A stretch of 64,000 bases of DNA, taken from Candidatus Nomurabacteria bacterium. Lineage in GTDB: Bacteria; Patescibacteriota; Minisyncoccia; Phycocordibacterales; UBA9973. Location of the stretch: NCBI GenBank assembly GCA_943348755.1, contig CALQYS010000002.1:18227-82226 (forward strand), written 5' to 3'. Positions 9,792 to 18,471 of this stretch are shown piece after piece. The position numbers and the translations under genes were made by a program. Within the stretch, counting starts at the first letter, position 1; every line of letters begins with the position of its first letter. The notes under the pieces are model-generated. The model saw only the letters and a program-made list of their open reading frames with translations. It was not told where the DNA came from and ran no database searches.

Positions 9792-9859
9792 TTTTGAAAA
9801 TCAAACTTTGCTGCGTTAGGTCATAAGGATAAGGCTCTTGCAAAGTTTGATTTTCAAAA
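9792..9859. repeat. Intergenic hairpin repeat element, copy 2 (rpsO-NYN spacer)
   Basis: Perfect 20-bp inverted repeat ttttgaaaatcaaactttgc / gcaaagtttgattttcaaaa flanking the conserved core TGCGTTAGGTCATAAGGATAAGGCTCTT. The stem carries a compensatory change relative to copy 1: A..T becomes G..C. Confidence 0.75.
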
Positions 9860-9898
9860 TTTCTTTTTTAATCTAATTTTCCGTGTTACAATCAATCT

Positions 9899-10405
9899 AT
9901 GACAGTAATAAAACATAAAGAACAAAGAGTTGGGGTTTTTATCGATACTCAAAATTTATATCACTCAGCTCGCAATTTATATCAAGCGCGAGTGAATTTC
10001 GGTGCGGTTTTGAAAGACGCGGTAGCGGGCAGGAAGCTCGTGCGCGCAGTCGCTTATGTCATTAGAACAGAAGCAGGAGACGAAAAAAACTTTTTTGAAG
10101 CCCTAGAGAAGCTTGGCATTGAAACCAAGATAAAAGATTTACAAGTATTTCACACTGGGACAAAAAAGGGGGACTGGGATGTGGGCCTCGCTGTAGATGC
10201 ATTAAAAACGGCTCCACGTTTGGACACTGTCGTGATAGTTTCCGGTGACGGTGATTTCGTTCCGCTTGTTGAATATCTACAAACTATGACCCAAGTGGAA
10301 GTGATTTCTTTTGGTAAATCCACTTCGACAAAACTACGCGAAGTTGCCGATGATTTCACTGATCTCTCCGAAAATCCTCGTAAATATTTGATGGGGTCAA
10401 AGTAA
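9899..10405 (+). CDS. NYN/LabA-like domain protein (PIN-like putative ribonuclease)
   Basis: VGVFIDTQNLY N-terminus, central acidic residues, VIVSGDGDFVPLVEYLQ...VEVISFG. This is the LabA/NYN (DUF88) pattern. Confidence 0.7.
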   Translation: MTVIKHKEQRVGVFIDTQNLYHSARNLYQARVNFGAVLKDAVAGRKLVRAVAYVIRTEAGDEKNFFEALEKLGIETKIKDLQVFHTGTKKGDWDVGLAVDALKTAPRLDTVVIVSGDGDFVPLVEYLQTMTQVEVISFGKSTSTKLREVADDFTDLSENPRKYLMGSK

Positions 10406-10425
10406 AATTTAAAAAACTACTAAAC

Positions 10426-11043
10426 ATGCAAGAAGATTTTAAGTCTCAATCTCCAAAAATGGAAGCAAGAAATAACTTTGCAGTTGCTCATGCGGGCAGC
10501 ATATTTGAGACAGTAAATTGGGAAGATGGACATGGGTTAAAACTTGAAGCAGTCCGTCGTTCTCCGGGTGCTCGTCTTATGATTGAAACAGAGAAAGATG
10601 GAATGAAAGCTCTACTCATGACTCGAGAGATTCGTAGAGAAGCAAATGGCTATGACATTCGATTACCAGGAGGTAAAGTATTTGACTCTTTGAAAGATTT
10701 TCAAGAATATGAAAAGTCTAGGAAAGATATTTTACCAGTGGCTGAAGCTGCTGCGAAGAAAGAAGGCAAAGAAGAAGCTGGAATTTCTGGGGGAGAGTAT
10801 TCTCTCTTTGAAGTATCTAAAGCAGGAGCATCAGTTGAGTGGGATTTGTTTTATTTCAGAGTAGTAGGCGCAGAAATTGGAGAGCAAGAGCTTGAGAAAG
10901 GAGAGATGGGTAAAATCGAAACTATCACACTTTCTGCTAAAGAAATTTTTGAAAAACTATCGAAACGAGAAATTAAAGAAGGACGTAGTGCGGATATGCT
11001 TTGGCGGTGGTTAAACGAAAACGGTTTTATTAAATTTGCATAG
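10426..11043 (+). CDS. Divergent Nudix-like hydrolase (putative)
   Basis: LPGGKV...AAAKKEGKEEAGI resembles a Nudix box (GX5EX7REUXEEXGU) with an 18-aa insertion. Assignment is tentative. Confidence 0.4.
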   Translation: MQEDFKSQSPKMEARNNFAVAHAGSIFETVNWEDGHGLKLEAVRRSPGARLMIETEKDGMKALLMTREIRREANGYDIRLPGGKVFDSLKDFQEYEKSRKDILPVAEAAAKKEGKEEAGISGGEYSLFEVSKAGASVEWDLFYFRVVGAEIGEQELEKGEMGKIETITLSAKEIFEKLSKREIKEGRSADMLWRWLNENGFIKFA

Positions 11044-11237
11044 TATTCTCTTTAATTGTTAGACAACACCTCACAACTTCCAACTTCTTGTCTTTTAGCA
11101 TAAAAATGCTAATATATTCAATATATTACTAGTTAATCCGTTCGCGTCTAGACACAAAGTAGTGTTTCCCAGAAGCAATCCTGGATGAAACAAGACTGTA
11201 GTCTGGATACGAACTCTATCCCTCATCGTAGGGTTTT

Positions 11238-13400
11238 ATGCAAAAAAAAGAATATAGTATTGAGATAGGTGGAAAGAATTTAACTGCTATTTTTACAGAT
11301 TTAGCTGAACAGGCCCATGGTTCGGTAATGCTCCAATACGGAGAGACTATAGTCCTCGCGACTGTCTGCATGTCTCATGACAAGCAAAATGGTTTGGGGT
11401 TTTTTAATTTGACAGTAGATTATATTGAAAAGTTTTATGCTTCGGGAAAAATTTCAGGCTCAAAGTTTGTAAAAAGGGAGGGGAAACCGAGTGAAGATGC
11501 GATACTTGCTAGCCGGGTTATCGACCGCACTCTTCGTCCACTGTTCGAACAATCTATCCGTCACGCTGTCCAGGTAATGGTCACAGTTATTTCTGTAGAT
11601 GATAATGACCCCACCATTATGGCTGTTAACGCTGCCTCACTTGCGCTCGCTGTCTCTAACATTCCTTGGAATGGTCCCATTGGTTGTGTACGCATTGGCA
11701 AGTATCCTGCCCGCAATGCTTCAGGCATAGCTGATGCAGGCGGGGACGATGAAACTTTAAAGATAAATCCTTCACAAAAACTTCGCGAAGACGATTCTCA
11801 GTATAAATTTGATTTAACTGTCTGCGGCAAAAATGGAAATATAAATATGATTGAAGCTTCGGCCCATCAGACAGCGGAAGGGGAACTGGAAGAAGCTTTA
11901 AAGAAGGCCAGTGAAGAGATCACTAAGTTAGAAAATTTCCAGAAAAAAATAGTCAAAGAAATAGGCAAAGCAAAAAGGGTTATTGAAAAAGAGACCATTG
12001 ATGGAGAGTCAATAAAATTATTCAACGAAAATATCTTGCCGAAAATGCCTGAGGCGCTTTTTGCTGGAGCAGGCAAAACAAAAATTGATGAACTGCACAC
12101 TGTTTGGAACAAAATGGTGGCCGACAAATATCCAGAAAGAGAAGATTTCACCCTTGAAGACAATTTATTTGATGATACGGAAAATGACATTTTACACAAA
12201 AAGGCAATTGAGGAAAATAAGAGACCCGATGGTAGAAAAATGGACGAGCTTCGCGATCTCTTTGCCCAAGCTGGTGGTATTTCAAAAGTTTTGCATGGAT
12301 CTGGGGTTTTTTACCGTGGTGGTACGCATGTGCTTTCGGTACTGACTCTAGGTGGTCCGGAAGACAGACACATGATCGACGGGATGCAATCTAAAGCAGA
12401 AAAAAGATTTATGCACCACTACAATTTTCCTCCCTATTCTTCGGGAGAAACTGGTCGGGCTGGGTTTACAAATCGCCGCGAGATTGGTCACGGGGCGCTC
12501 GCTGAAAAAGCCCTTGCGATGGTATTGCCACCACTTTCACAATTCCCATATACGATCCGAGTGGTTTCTGAATCCATGGCATCAAATGGTTCTACCTCCC
12601 AGGCTTCTATTTGTGCTTCGACTCTTGCCCTTATGGATGGCGGAGTGCCGATCGTGGCGCCAGTCGCAGGTATCGCGATGGGACTAATGCATGAAACTGA
12701 TAGTAAATATAAAATTCTTACTGATATCCAAGGCCCAGAAGATCATCATGGTGATATGGATTTTAAAGTTGCTGGTACAAGGACTGGTGTGACAGCAATC
12801 CAGCTCGATGTAAAAGTGGAGGGTGTTCCAATAAAAATATTAGGTGAAGCGATGATTCAAGCCAAAAATGCCAGAGTAGCTATTTTGGATAGAATTGAAA
12901 AAGAAATTTCTGCTCCACGTAAAGACATATCATTAAATGCTCCTAAAATACTTATGATTAAAATAAAACCTGACATGATCGGTATGGTCATAGGCGGCGG
13001 CGGGAAGACGATCAAAGAAATTAAAGAAAGAACCGGGGCCGAAATAAGTATTGAAGATGATGGAACAGTGTATTTCACAGGTAAAGGTGAAGCAGCCCTC
13101 AAAGCTAAAGCCATAGTGGAAGAGATGACTCATGAGTTTACTGTCGGCGAAGTCTTAAAAGGTGAAGTTGTTAAAATTGCTGACTTTGGAGCCTTTGTCC
13201 GGCTCAATGCCAACACTGACGGTATGATACATATATCTGAATTAGCCCCATTTCGTGTCGAACGAATTAGCGATATAATAAAAGAGGGGATGATAGTCCC
13301 TGTTAAGGTCATATCTGTGGATCGAGAAAGAGGCAGAATAGCCCTTTCGATCAAAGAGGCAAATAAAGATTTTTTCTCCACCAAAACTGTAAATAAATAA
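11238..13400 (+). CDS. pnp: Polyribonucleotide nucleotidyltransferase (PNPase)
   Basis: Two RNase PH domains plus C-terminal KH (MIGMVIGGGGKTIKEIKE) and S1 (GEVLKGEVVKIADFGAFVRL) domains; 720 aa. Confidence 0.9.
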   Translation: MQKKEYSIEIGGKNLTAIFTDLAEQAHGSVMLQYGETIVLATVCMSHDKQNGLGFFNLTVDYIEKFYASGKISGSKFVKREGKPSEDAILASRVIDRTLRPLFEQSIRHAVQVMVTVISVDDNDPTIMAVNAASLALAVSNIPWNGPIGCVRIGKYPARNASGIADAGGDDETLKINPSQKLREDDSQYKFDLTVCGKNGNINMIEASAHQTAEGELEEALKKASEEITKLENFQKKIVKEIGKAKRVIEKETIDGESIKLFNENILPKMPEALFAGAGKTKIDELHTVWNKMVADKYPEREDFTLEDNLFDDTENDILHKKAIEENKRPDGRKMDELRDLFAQAGGISKVLHGSGVFYRGGTHVLSVLTLGGPEDRHMIDGMQSKAEKRFMHHYNFPPYSSGETGRAGFTNRREIGHGALAEKALAMVLPPLSQFPYTIRVVSESMASNGSTSQASICASTLALMDGGVPIVAPVAGIAMGLMHETDSKYKILTDIQGPEDHHGDMDFKVAGTRTGVTAIQLDVKVEGVPIKILGEAMIQAKNARVAILDRIEKEISAPRKDISLNAPKILMIKIKPDMIGMVIGGGGKTIKEIKERTGAEISIEDDGTVYFTGKGEAALKAKAIVEEMTHEFTVGEVLKGEVVKIADFGAFVRLNANTDGMIHISELAPFRVERISDIIKEGMIVPVKVISVDRERGRIALSIKEANKDFFSTKTVNK

Positions 13401-14251
13401 TGGATAAAGACAACAAAGCAAAAAATAAAGTTATTCAAACCTATGCGGAAGATATGGCGCATGTAATTCAGGACGATAAAGGGGGTTTAATAAAAAAGAT
13501 CATCCAAGGAGAACGAGAACATGAAATAATAAAACGAAATTTGTCTCCAGAATCAAGAAGGAACAAAACTTTCATGCTTATAGGTCTCCTCTTTATTTTA
13601 CTTAGCTCAGCCACTTTATTTTATTTCTTTTTTGGTAGAGAGGTCCCCACTGTTCCCCTAGAGCAACAATTTACTCCAATTATTTTCAATGATAAAAGTA
13701 CTTTCATCGAAGTTAAAGATTTTAAAAAAGATGAAATAATTCAAACTGTTAAAAATGAAGTTGAAAGAACAGAGGTAAAAAATACAGGGGTGGAGGGTAT
13801 ATATCTGACAGAAAATAAAAAAGTTTTTGGATTACGAAGGTTCATCAGTCTGATCAAAGCTAACTTCATGCCTGGCGACAACACTCTTTTTGTGAGTGAC
13901 AATTTTTTGCTTGGTATTTCCAATAATACGACTAAAGACTTTTTCATTATACTTAAAGTACGTTCTACTACGGATATTTTCGGTTCCTTACGTTCTTGGG
14001 AAGATAAGATGTTTTCTGATTTACACGAATTTTTCGGAGTAGGTATCTCGTCCGAAACGAAATATCTTTTAACTGCTAATTTCGTAGATGATATTATAGA
14101 AAATAAGAATGCACGCATTCTTTATGACAAAGATGGAAAAGTAGTAATGATGTACATTTTTGCTGACGAAAATTCTGTCATTATCACCGGTACTAATAAA
14201 GCAGCGCAAGAAATAATGCTTCGCCTCGCTTCCAGTCGAGTAAAGAAATAA
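13400..14251 (+). CDS. Hypothetical membrane-anchored protein
   Basis: ATG overlaps the pnp stop (TAATG); single N-terminal TM helix (LIGLLFILLSSATLFYFFF); no recognisable domain. Confidence 0.5.
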   Translation: MDKDNKAKNKVIQTYAEDMAHVIQDDKGGLIKKIIQGEREHEIIKRNLSPESRRNKTFMLIGLLFILLSSATLFYFFFGREVPTVPLEQQFTPIIFNDKSTFIEVKDFKKDEIIQTVKNEVERTEVKNTGVEGIYLTENKKVFGLRRFISLIKANFMPGDNTLFVSDNFLLGISNNTTKDFFIILKVRSTTDIFGSLRSWEDKMFSDLHEFFGVGISSETKYLLTANFVDDIIENKNARILYDKDGKVVMMYIFADENSVIITGTNKAAQEIMLRLASSRVKK

Positions 14252-15316
14252 TTATTTTATCTTCTCAATCTTCTCCCAAGGGAGGTTTTCTTTGCCGAAG
14301 TGTCCATAGGTGGCGGTTTGGAGATAAATAGGATTACGGAGGCCGAGCCGCTCGATGATGGCAAGCGGACGAAAGTCAAAATTCTTGCGGACTATTTCTG
14401 AGAGGTCTTTTCCTTCTTCATTTATGGCCTCTATCATCAGCGGCTCGGCCATGCCGATAGCGTATGCCACAGACACGAGTACTTCTTTACCATAACCAGA
14501 AGCAACAAGATTTTTAGCCACAAAACGTGCCATATAAGCACCGGAACGGTCTACTTTTGTCGCATCTTTTCCAGAAAAACATCCTCCACCGTGCGGAATT
14601 ATGCCACCATAAGTGTCCACCATTATTTTTCTGCCTGTTAGGCCTGTGTCTGCTTCAAAGCCTCCAGCCACGAACTTTCCTGTGGGGTTTACTATGATCT
14701 TTACCGTTTTTCTTTCTTCTTCTGACAAGAACGGGTAAATAATTTTTTCTGTAATTTCCTTTCTTATTTCTTCGGGTTTAATATCTGGCTTATGTTGTGT
14801 GCTTATTAGGACAGTATGCAGTTTACCATCAGCATAAGTCACTTGGGTCTTGCCATCCGGACGCAGCCAAGAAATTTCCCCTGATTTTCTTGCTTCTTCA
14901 AGCCTTTTCGCAAGCTTGTGAACCAACACTACTCCTTTTGGTAAAAATTCTGGTGTTTCATCTGTAGCAAATCCGTACATGATTCCCTGATCGCCCGCTC
15001 CGCCAGTATCCACCCCAGCCGCTATATCTGGAGACTGGGTCACTATTCGAGCTGATATTTCAAGCTTATCTGTGTAACCAATTTTTTTGTAAACTTCTTG
15101 TGCGATACTAGTGTAGTCCACTTTTCCTTTTGAGGTTACTTCGCCACCTATCACTAGCTTGCCATGTCCACCAAAGGTCTCTACTGCAACTCGGCTATTC
15201 GGGTCTATCGCTAAATAAGCATCTAAAATGGCATCAGATACCTGGTCGCAGACTTTGTCTGGATGACCAGAAGTCACGCTTTCAACTGTATAATTATTGT
15301 CGTGTTTGTATAACAT
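14252..15316 (-). CDS. metK: S-adenosylmethionine synthetase
   Basis: ESVTSGHPDKVCDQVSDAILDAYL and GGGCFSGKDATKVDRSGAYMAR motifs. Confidence 0.85.
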   Translation of the reverse strand: MLYKHDNNYTVESVTSGHPDKVCDQVSDAILDAYLAIDPNSRVAVETFGGHGKLVIGGEVTSKGKVDYTSIAQEVYKKIGYTDKLEISARIVTQSPDIAAGVDTGGAGDQGIMYGFATDETPEFLPKGVVLVHKLAKRLEEARKSGEISWLRPDGKTQVTYADGKLHTVLISTQHKPDIKPEEIRKEITEKIIYPFLSEEERKTVKIIVNPTGKFVAGGFEADTGLTGRKIMVDTYGGIIPHGGGCFSGKDATKVDRSGAYMARFVAKNLVASGYGKEVLVSVAYAIGMAEPLMIEAINEEGKDLSEIVRKNFDFRPLAIIERLGLRNPIYLQTATYGHFGKENLPWEKIEKIK

Positions 15317-15373
15317 AGATATGTAAAAGTGATTCTAGCACAAAAAACACAATCCTTGCTATGCAGACTTAAA

Positions 15374-15748
15374 ATGTTATTATTCACTTATATGTTGGAT
15401 AAAAAGAAAATTAAAGAGAAATTAGAAAAGGAAAGAGACACACTGCTCGAAGAACTTCGGGATATGGGCAAGCTTAATCCAGAAACGGGTGAGTGGGAAG
15501 CGATTCCAGCCGAAGCGGAATTTCCGGAAACAGATCAAAATAATATGGCTGATAGGTTTGAAGACTTCGAAGCTCGCAGTTCTATGCTGAAAACTTTAGA
15601 ACCAAGATTAAATAATATTTTAAGGGCATTAAAAAATTTAAGTAAAGAATCTTTTGGCAAATGCGAGGTGTGTAAAAAAAATATTGAAAATGATCGTCTC
15701 GAGGCCAACCCTGCAGCTCGAACTTGCAAGAAGCATTTAGAGAATTAA
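15374..15748 (+). CDS. DksA/TraR-family zinc-finger protein
   Basis: Coiled-coil N-terminus and C-terminal CEVCKKNIENDRLEANPAARTCKKH zinc finger. Start moved to an internal ATG; the ORF-track N-terminal extension is unsupported. Confidence 0.55.
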   Translation: MLLFTYMLDKKKIKEKLEKERDTLLEELRDMGKLNPETGEWEAIPAEAEFPETDQNNMADRFEDFEARSSMLKTLEPRLNNILRALKNLSKESFGKCEVCKKNIENDRLEANPAARTCKKHLEN

Positions 15749-15754
15749 TTTTCT

Positions 15755-17323
15755 ATGAGCTTTGCTAAAGTATATTCGGCGCAAGTGCACCTTCTCTTGG
15801 GTACTATTGTGACGATCGAAGTGGATATCACTAAAGGGACACTTCATGCTTTTAGCGTGGTGGGTTTGCCAGACAAAGCCGTCGATGAATCGAGAGATAG
15901 GGTAAGCGGAGCAATAAAAAATTCTGGTTTCAAATCTCCTAAAGCTAAAAATCAAAAAATAATTGTCTCCCTCTCGCCGGCTGACTTAAAGAAGGAAGGA
16001 CCCTTTTTTGACCTAGCAATCGCGATTGCATACCTGAAAGCTTCCGGTGATATTAAATTTAATTCAGAAAAAAGGATCTTCCTGGGCGAGCTTGGGCTCG
16101 ATGGCACACTGCGCAGCATCAGGGGAGCCTTGCCCCTTGTGCAGGAGGCACAAAGAAAAGGTTTCAAAGAGATTTATTTACCAAAAGAAAATGCGGTGGA
16201 AGCAGCCTTGATAGAAGGCATTACTGTTTTCGGTGCTAGTAGTTTGAAAGAAGTTATAGAACATATTGATGAAGTCCCTACTAAACCAAAAGATGGCGGA
16301 GAAGAGAAAAGGGTGAGTAAAAAAATTGTTTTTCAGCCAAAAACTAAAATAAATTATACGCGTGAAGCAAAGATAGGAGATTTTTCTGACATACGTGGGC
16401 AGGAGGGCGCCAAACGTGGGCTCGAAATTGCCGCGGCTGGTGGGCACAACATCGCCATGTATGGACCACCCGGCACTGGAAAGACGATGCTCGCTCGAGT
16501 ATTTTCCGGTCTACTACCTGACTTGAATACAAAAGAAGTTTTAGAAATAACTGGGATTCATTCTGTAGCAGGAAATCTAAGGGGTGAGTTAATCTGTTCT
16601 CCTCCGTTTCGCGCTCCACACCATACTTCATCATACGTTTCACTCATAGGTGGTGGAACATTTCCGAAGCCTGGTGAGGTGACCTTGGCGCACCGAGGAG
16701 TTTTGTTTCTAGATGAGTTTCCCGAGTTTGAGAAACGCGTGATAGAGTCACTACGTCAACCGCTTGAAGACAACATCGTTTCTATTTCTCGCGCTCGCGG
16801 CTCGGCTATTTTTCCTTCTAATTTCATACTAGTAGCGGCGATGAATCCTTGCCCATGCGGGAATGCTGGCAGCAAGGCGAAGGCGTGTATTTGCAAGCCA
16901 TCAGACTTAGATAGATATAAAAGAAAACTCTCTGGGCCCATCATGGACAGGATTGATTTGTGGGTGTCAGTCGGCAATGTGGATTATAAAAAGCTCGGAG
17001 GCGAGGGCACCGGAGAGAGAAGCGAAAAGATAAAAGCGCGAGTTATCCGAGCACGGGAAAACCAGAAGAATAGATTTAAAAAATTAGGCAGGGAAATTTC
17101 CACCAACAGTGAAATGAATGCAAAAGATTTATCTACTATGGTGAAGTTAAAAACAAATGTGAGGAACGTGCTAGACGACAGCGCGGAACGTCTCGCTCTC
17201 TCCGCCCGTGCTTATCATCGAGTGATCAAAATAGCTCGCACTATCGCTGACCTCGAAAATTCTCCCGAAGTCGAAGCGAATCATGTTCTCGAGGCTATAC
17301 AATATCGCCCGAAGGTTGTTTAA
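15755..17323 (+). CDS. comM: YifB/ComM-family Mg-chelatase-like AAA+ ATPase
   Basis: N-terminal Lon-like domain, Walker A GPPGTGKTM, VLFLDEFPEF, C-terminal Mg-chelatase subunit ChlI-like region. Confidence 0.8.
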   Translation: MSFAKVYSAQVHLLLGTIVTIEVDITKGTLHAFSVVGLPDKAVDESRDRVSGAIKNSGFKSPKAKNQKIIVSLSPADLKKEGPFFDLAIAIAYLKASGDIKFNSEKRIFLGELGLDGTLRSIRGALPLVQEAQRKGFKEIYLPKENAVEAALIEGITVFGASSLKEVIEHIDEVPTKPKDGGEEKRVSKKIVFQPKTKINYTREAKIGDFSDIRGQEGAKRGLEIAAAGGHNIAMYGPPGTGKTMLARVFSGLLPDLNTKEVLEITGIHSVAGNLRGELICSPPFRAPHHTSSYVSLIGGGTFPKPGEVTLAHRGVLFLDEFPEFEKRVIESLRQPLEDNIVSISRARGSAIFPSNFILVAAMNPCPCGNAGSKAKACICKPSDLDRYKRKLSGPIMDRIDLWVSVGNVDYKKLGGEGTGERSEKIKARVIRARENQKNRFKKLGREISTNSEMNAKDLSTMVKLKTNVRNVLDDSAERLALSARAYHRVIKIARTIADLENSPEVEANHVLEAIQYRPKVV

Positions 17324-17330
17324 TATGTTC

Positions 17331-17397
17331 GAATAAAATCAAACTTTACTGCGTTAGGTCATGAGGATAAGGCTCTTGTAAAGTTTATTTTCTTCTC
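17331..17397. repeat. Intergenic hairpin repeat element, copy 3 (comM-AKR spacer)
   Basis: gaataaaatcaaactttacTGCGTTAGGTCATGAGGATAAGGCTCTTgtaaagtttattttcttc. Same core and stem as copies 1 and 2. Confidence 0.7.
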
Positions 17398-17431
17398 ACA
17401 TAAATACCTATTATTTTGCTATAATAATTAT

Positions 17432-18289
17432 ATGGAAAAATTAACCATAAATTCAAAAATTATTTTAAACAATAAAACAAAAATACCAGTCATAGGGTTT
17501 GGAGTTTTTCGCATTCCGGAGGGAGAAGAAGTGGTCAATGCGGTGAAGTGGGCGCTTGAGGCGGGGTACAGACATATCGATGCGGCGATGATTTACAAGA
17601 ATGAAGAAGGAGTGGGCAAGGCTATCCGCGAGTCTGGGGTGCCGAGAGAAGAAATATTTGTCACCACAAAACTTTGGAATACGGATCAGGGTTATGACAG
17701 TGCCTTGAAAGCTATCGATGTGTCTCTCAAAAAGCTCGGGCTCTCGTATGTTGATCTATATCTAGTGCACTGGCCGACAGCGGGAGACGCATCAAAGGGC
17801 GAGAGTATAAATAAAAGAGGGGAGACATGGAGGGCGATGGAAGAAATTTATCGTTCAGGTAAGGCGAGAGCCATCGGTGTCTCTAATTACACTATTACGC
17901 ATCTAGAAGAGATGAGAAAATACGCACAAGTGCCACCAGCAGTGAACCAAGTTGAGTTCCATCCATTTTTGTATCAAGAAGAATTACTAAATTATTGCAA
18001 AAAGAATGGCATAGCATTTGAAGCCCATTCACCACTGGTGCATGGAGAGAAATTAGATAACGAAGTAATAAGCAGCATCGCCAAAAAGCACGCGAAAAGC
18101 GGTGCACAAGTCCTCCTTCGTTGGAGCCTGCAACACGGATGCATTCCGATACCTAAATCCACCCACAAAGAGCGCATCAAAGAGAACATCCGAGTATTCG
18201 ATTTCGAACTATCAGGAGAAGAAATGAAGCAGCTAAATAAGTTAAATCAAAACCTACACTTAAGGTCAGATCCGACTAATCTAAAATAG
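17432..18289 (+). CDS. Aldo/keto reductase (2,5-diketo-D-gluconate reductase-like)
   Basis: AKR catalytic tetrad context; LGLSYVDLYLVHWP; IPKSTHKERIKEN C-terminal motif. Confidence 0.8.
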   Translation: MEKLTINSKIILNNKTKIPVIGFGVFRIPEGEEVVNAVKWALEAGYRHIDAAMIYKNEEGVGKAIRESGVPREEIFVTTKLWNTDQGYDSALKAIDVSLKKLGLSYVDLYLVHWPTAGDASKGESINKRGETWRAMEEIYRSGKARAIGVSNYTITHLEEMRKYAQVPPAVNQVEFHPFLYQEELLNYCKKNGIAFEAHSPLVHGEKLDNEVISSIAKKHAKSGAQVLLRWSLQHGCIPIPKSTHKERIKENIRVFDFELSGEEMKQLNKLNQNLHLRSDPTNLK

Positions 18290-18306
18290 TTATCCACAGT
18301 GTGTTG

Positions 18307-18335
18307 TTGACAGTGAACGAGCGTTCACTTATACT
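18307..18335 (+). promoter_or_regulatory. Consensus sigma70 promoter with an embedded GAAC-N4-GTTC (Cheo-type) LexA box
   Basis: TTGACA (18307-18312), 17-bp spacer, TATACT (18330-18335). The spacer contains the palindrome GTGAACGAGCGTTCAC (18313-18328). A TTATCCACA (DnaA-box-like) lies at 18290-18298. Confidence 0.5.
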
Positions 18336-18370
18336 ATTTAGGTCGGTTATTAATAAATAAATGCGAGAAG

Positions 18371-18460
18371 AAAATAAACTTTGCCAGAGCCCGGCTGAAA
18401 AATAAATCCCTTTATTTTTCATTCCTCATGACCTAACGCAGCAAAGTTTGATTTTTTTCA
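18371..18460. repeat. Intergenic hairpin repeat element, copy 4 (reverse orientation, with a 30-nt insertion carrying a nested hairpin)
   Basis: Reverse complement matches the copy 2/3 stem and core. The insertion GAAAAATAAAtcccTTTATTTTTC forms a nested 10-bp hairpin. The outer stem aaactttgcc/ggcaaagttt has the G-C compensatory pair. Confidence 0.65.
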
Positions 18461-18471
18461 AGCCTAAACAT

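Noticed and set aside
11867-13462. Several 85-110 aa ORFs on the minus strand within pnp
   Set aside because: Antisense to PNPase. Their composition mirrors the sense codons.
18290-18298. TTATCCACA DnaA-box-like 9-mers (also at 36545-36553) as a possible replication origin
   Set aside because: There are only two isolated sites, with no cluster, no AT-rich unwinding element arrangement and no dnaA or dnaN nearby. Chance occurrence in 128 kb of two-strand sequence is plausible.
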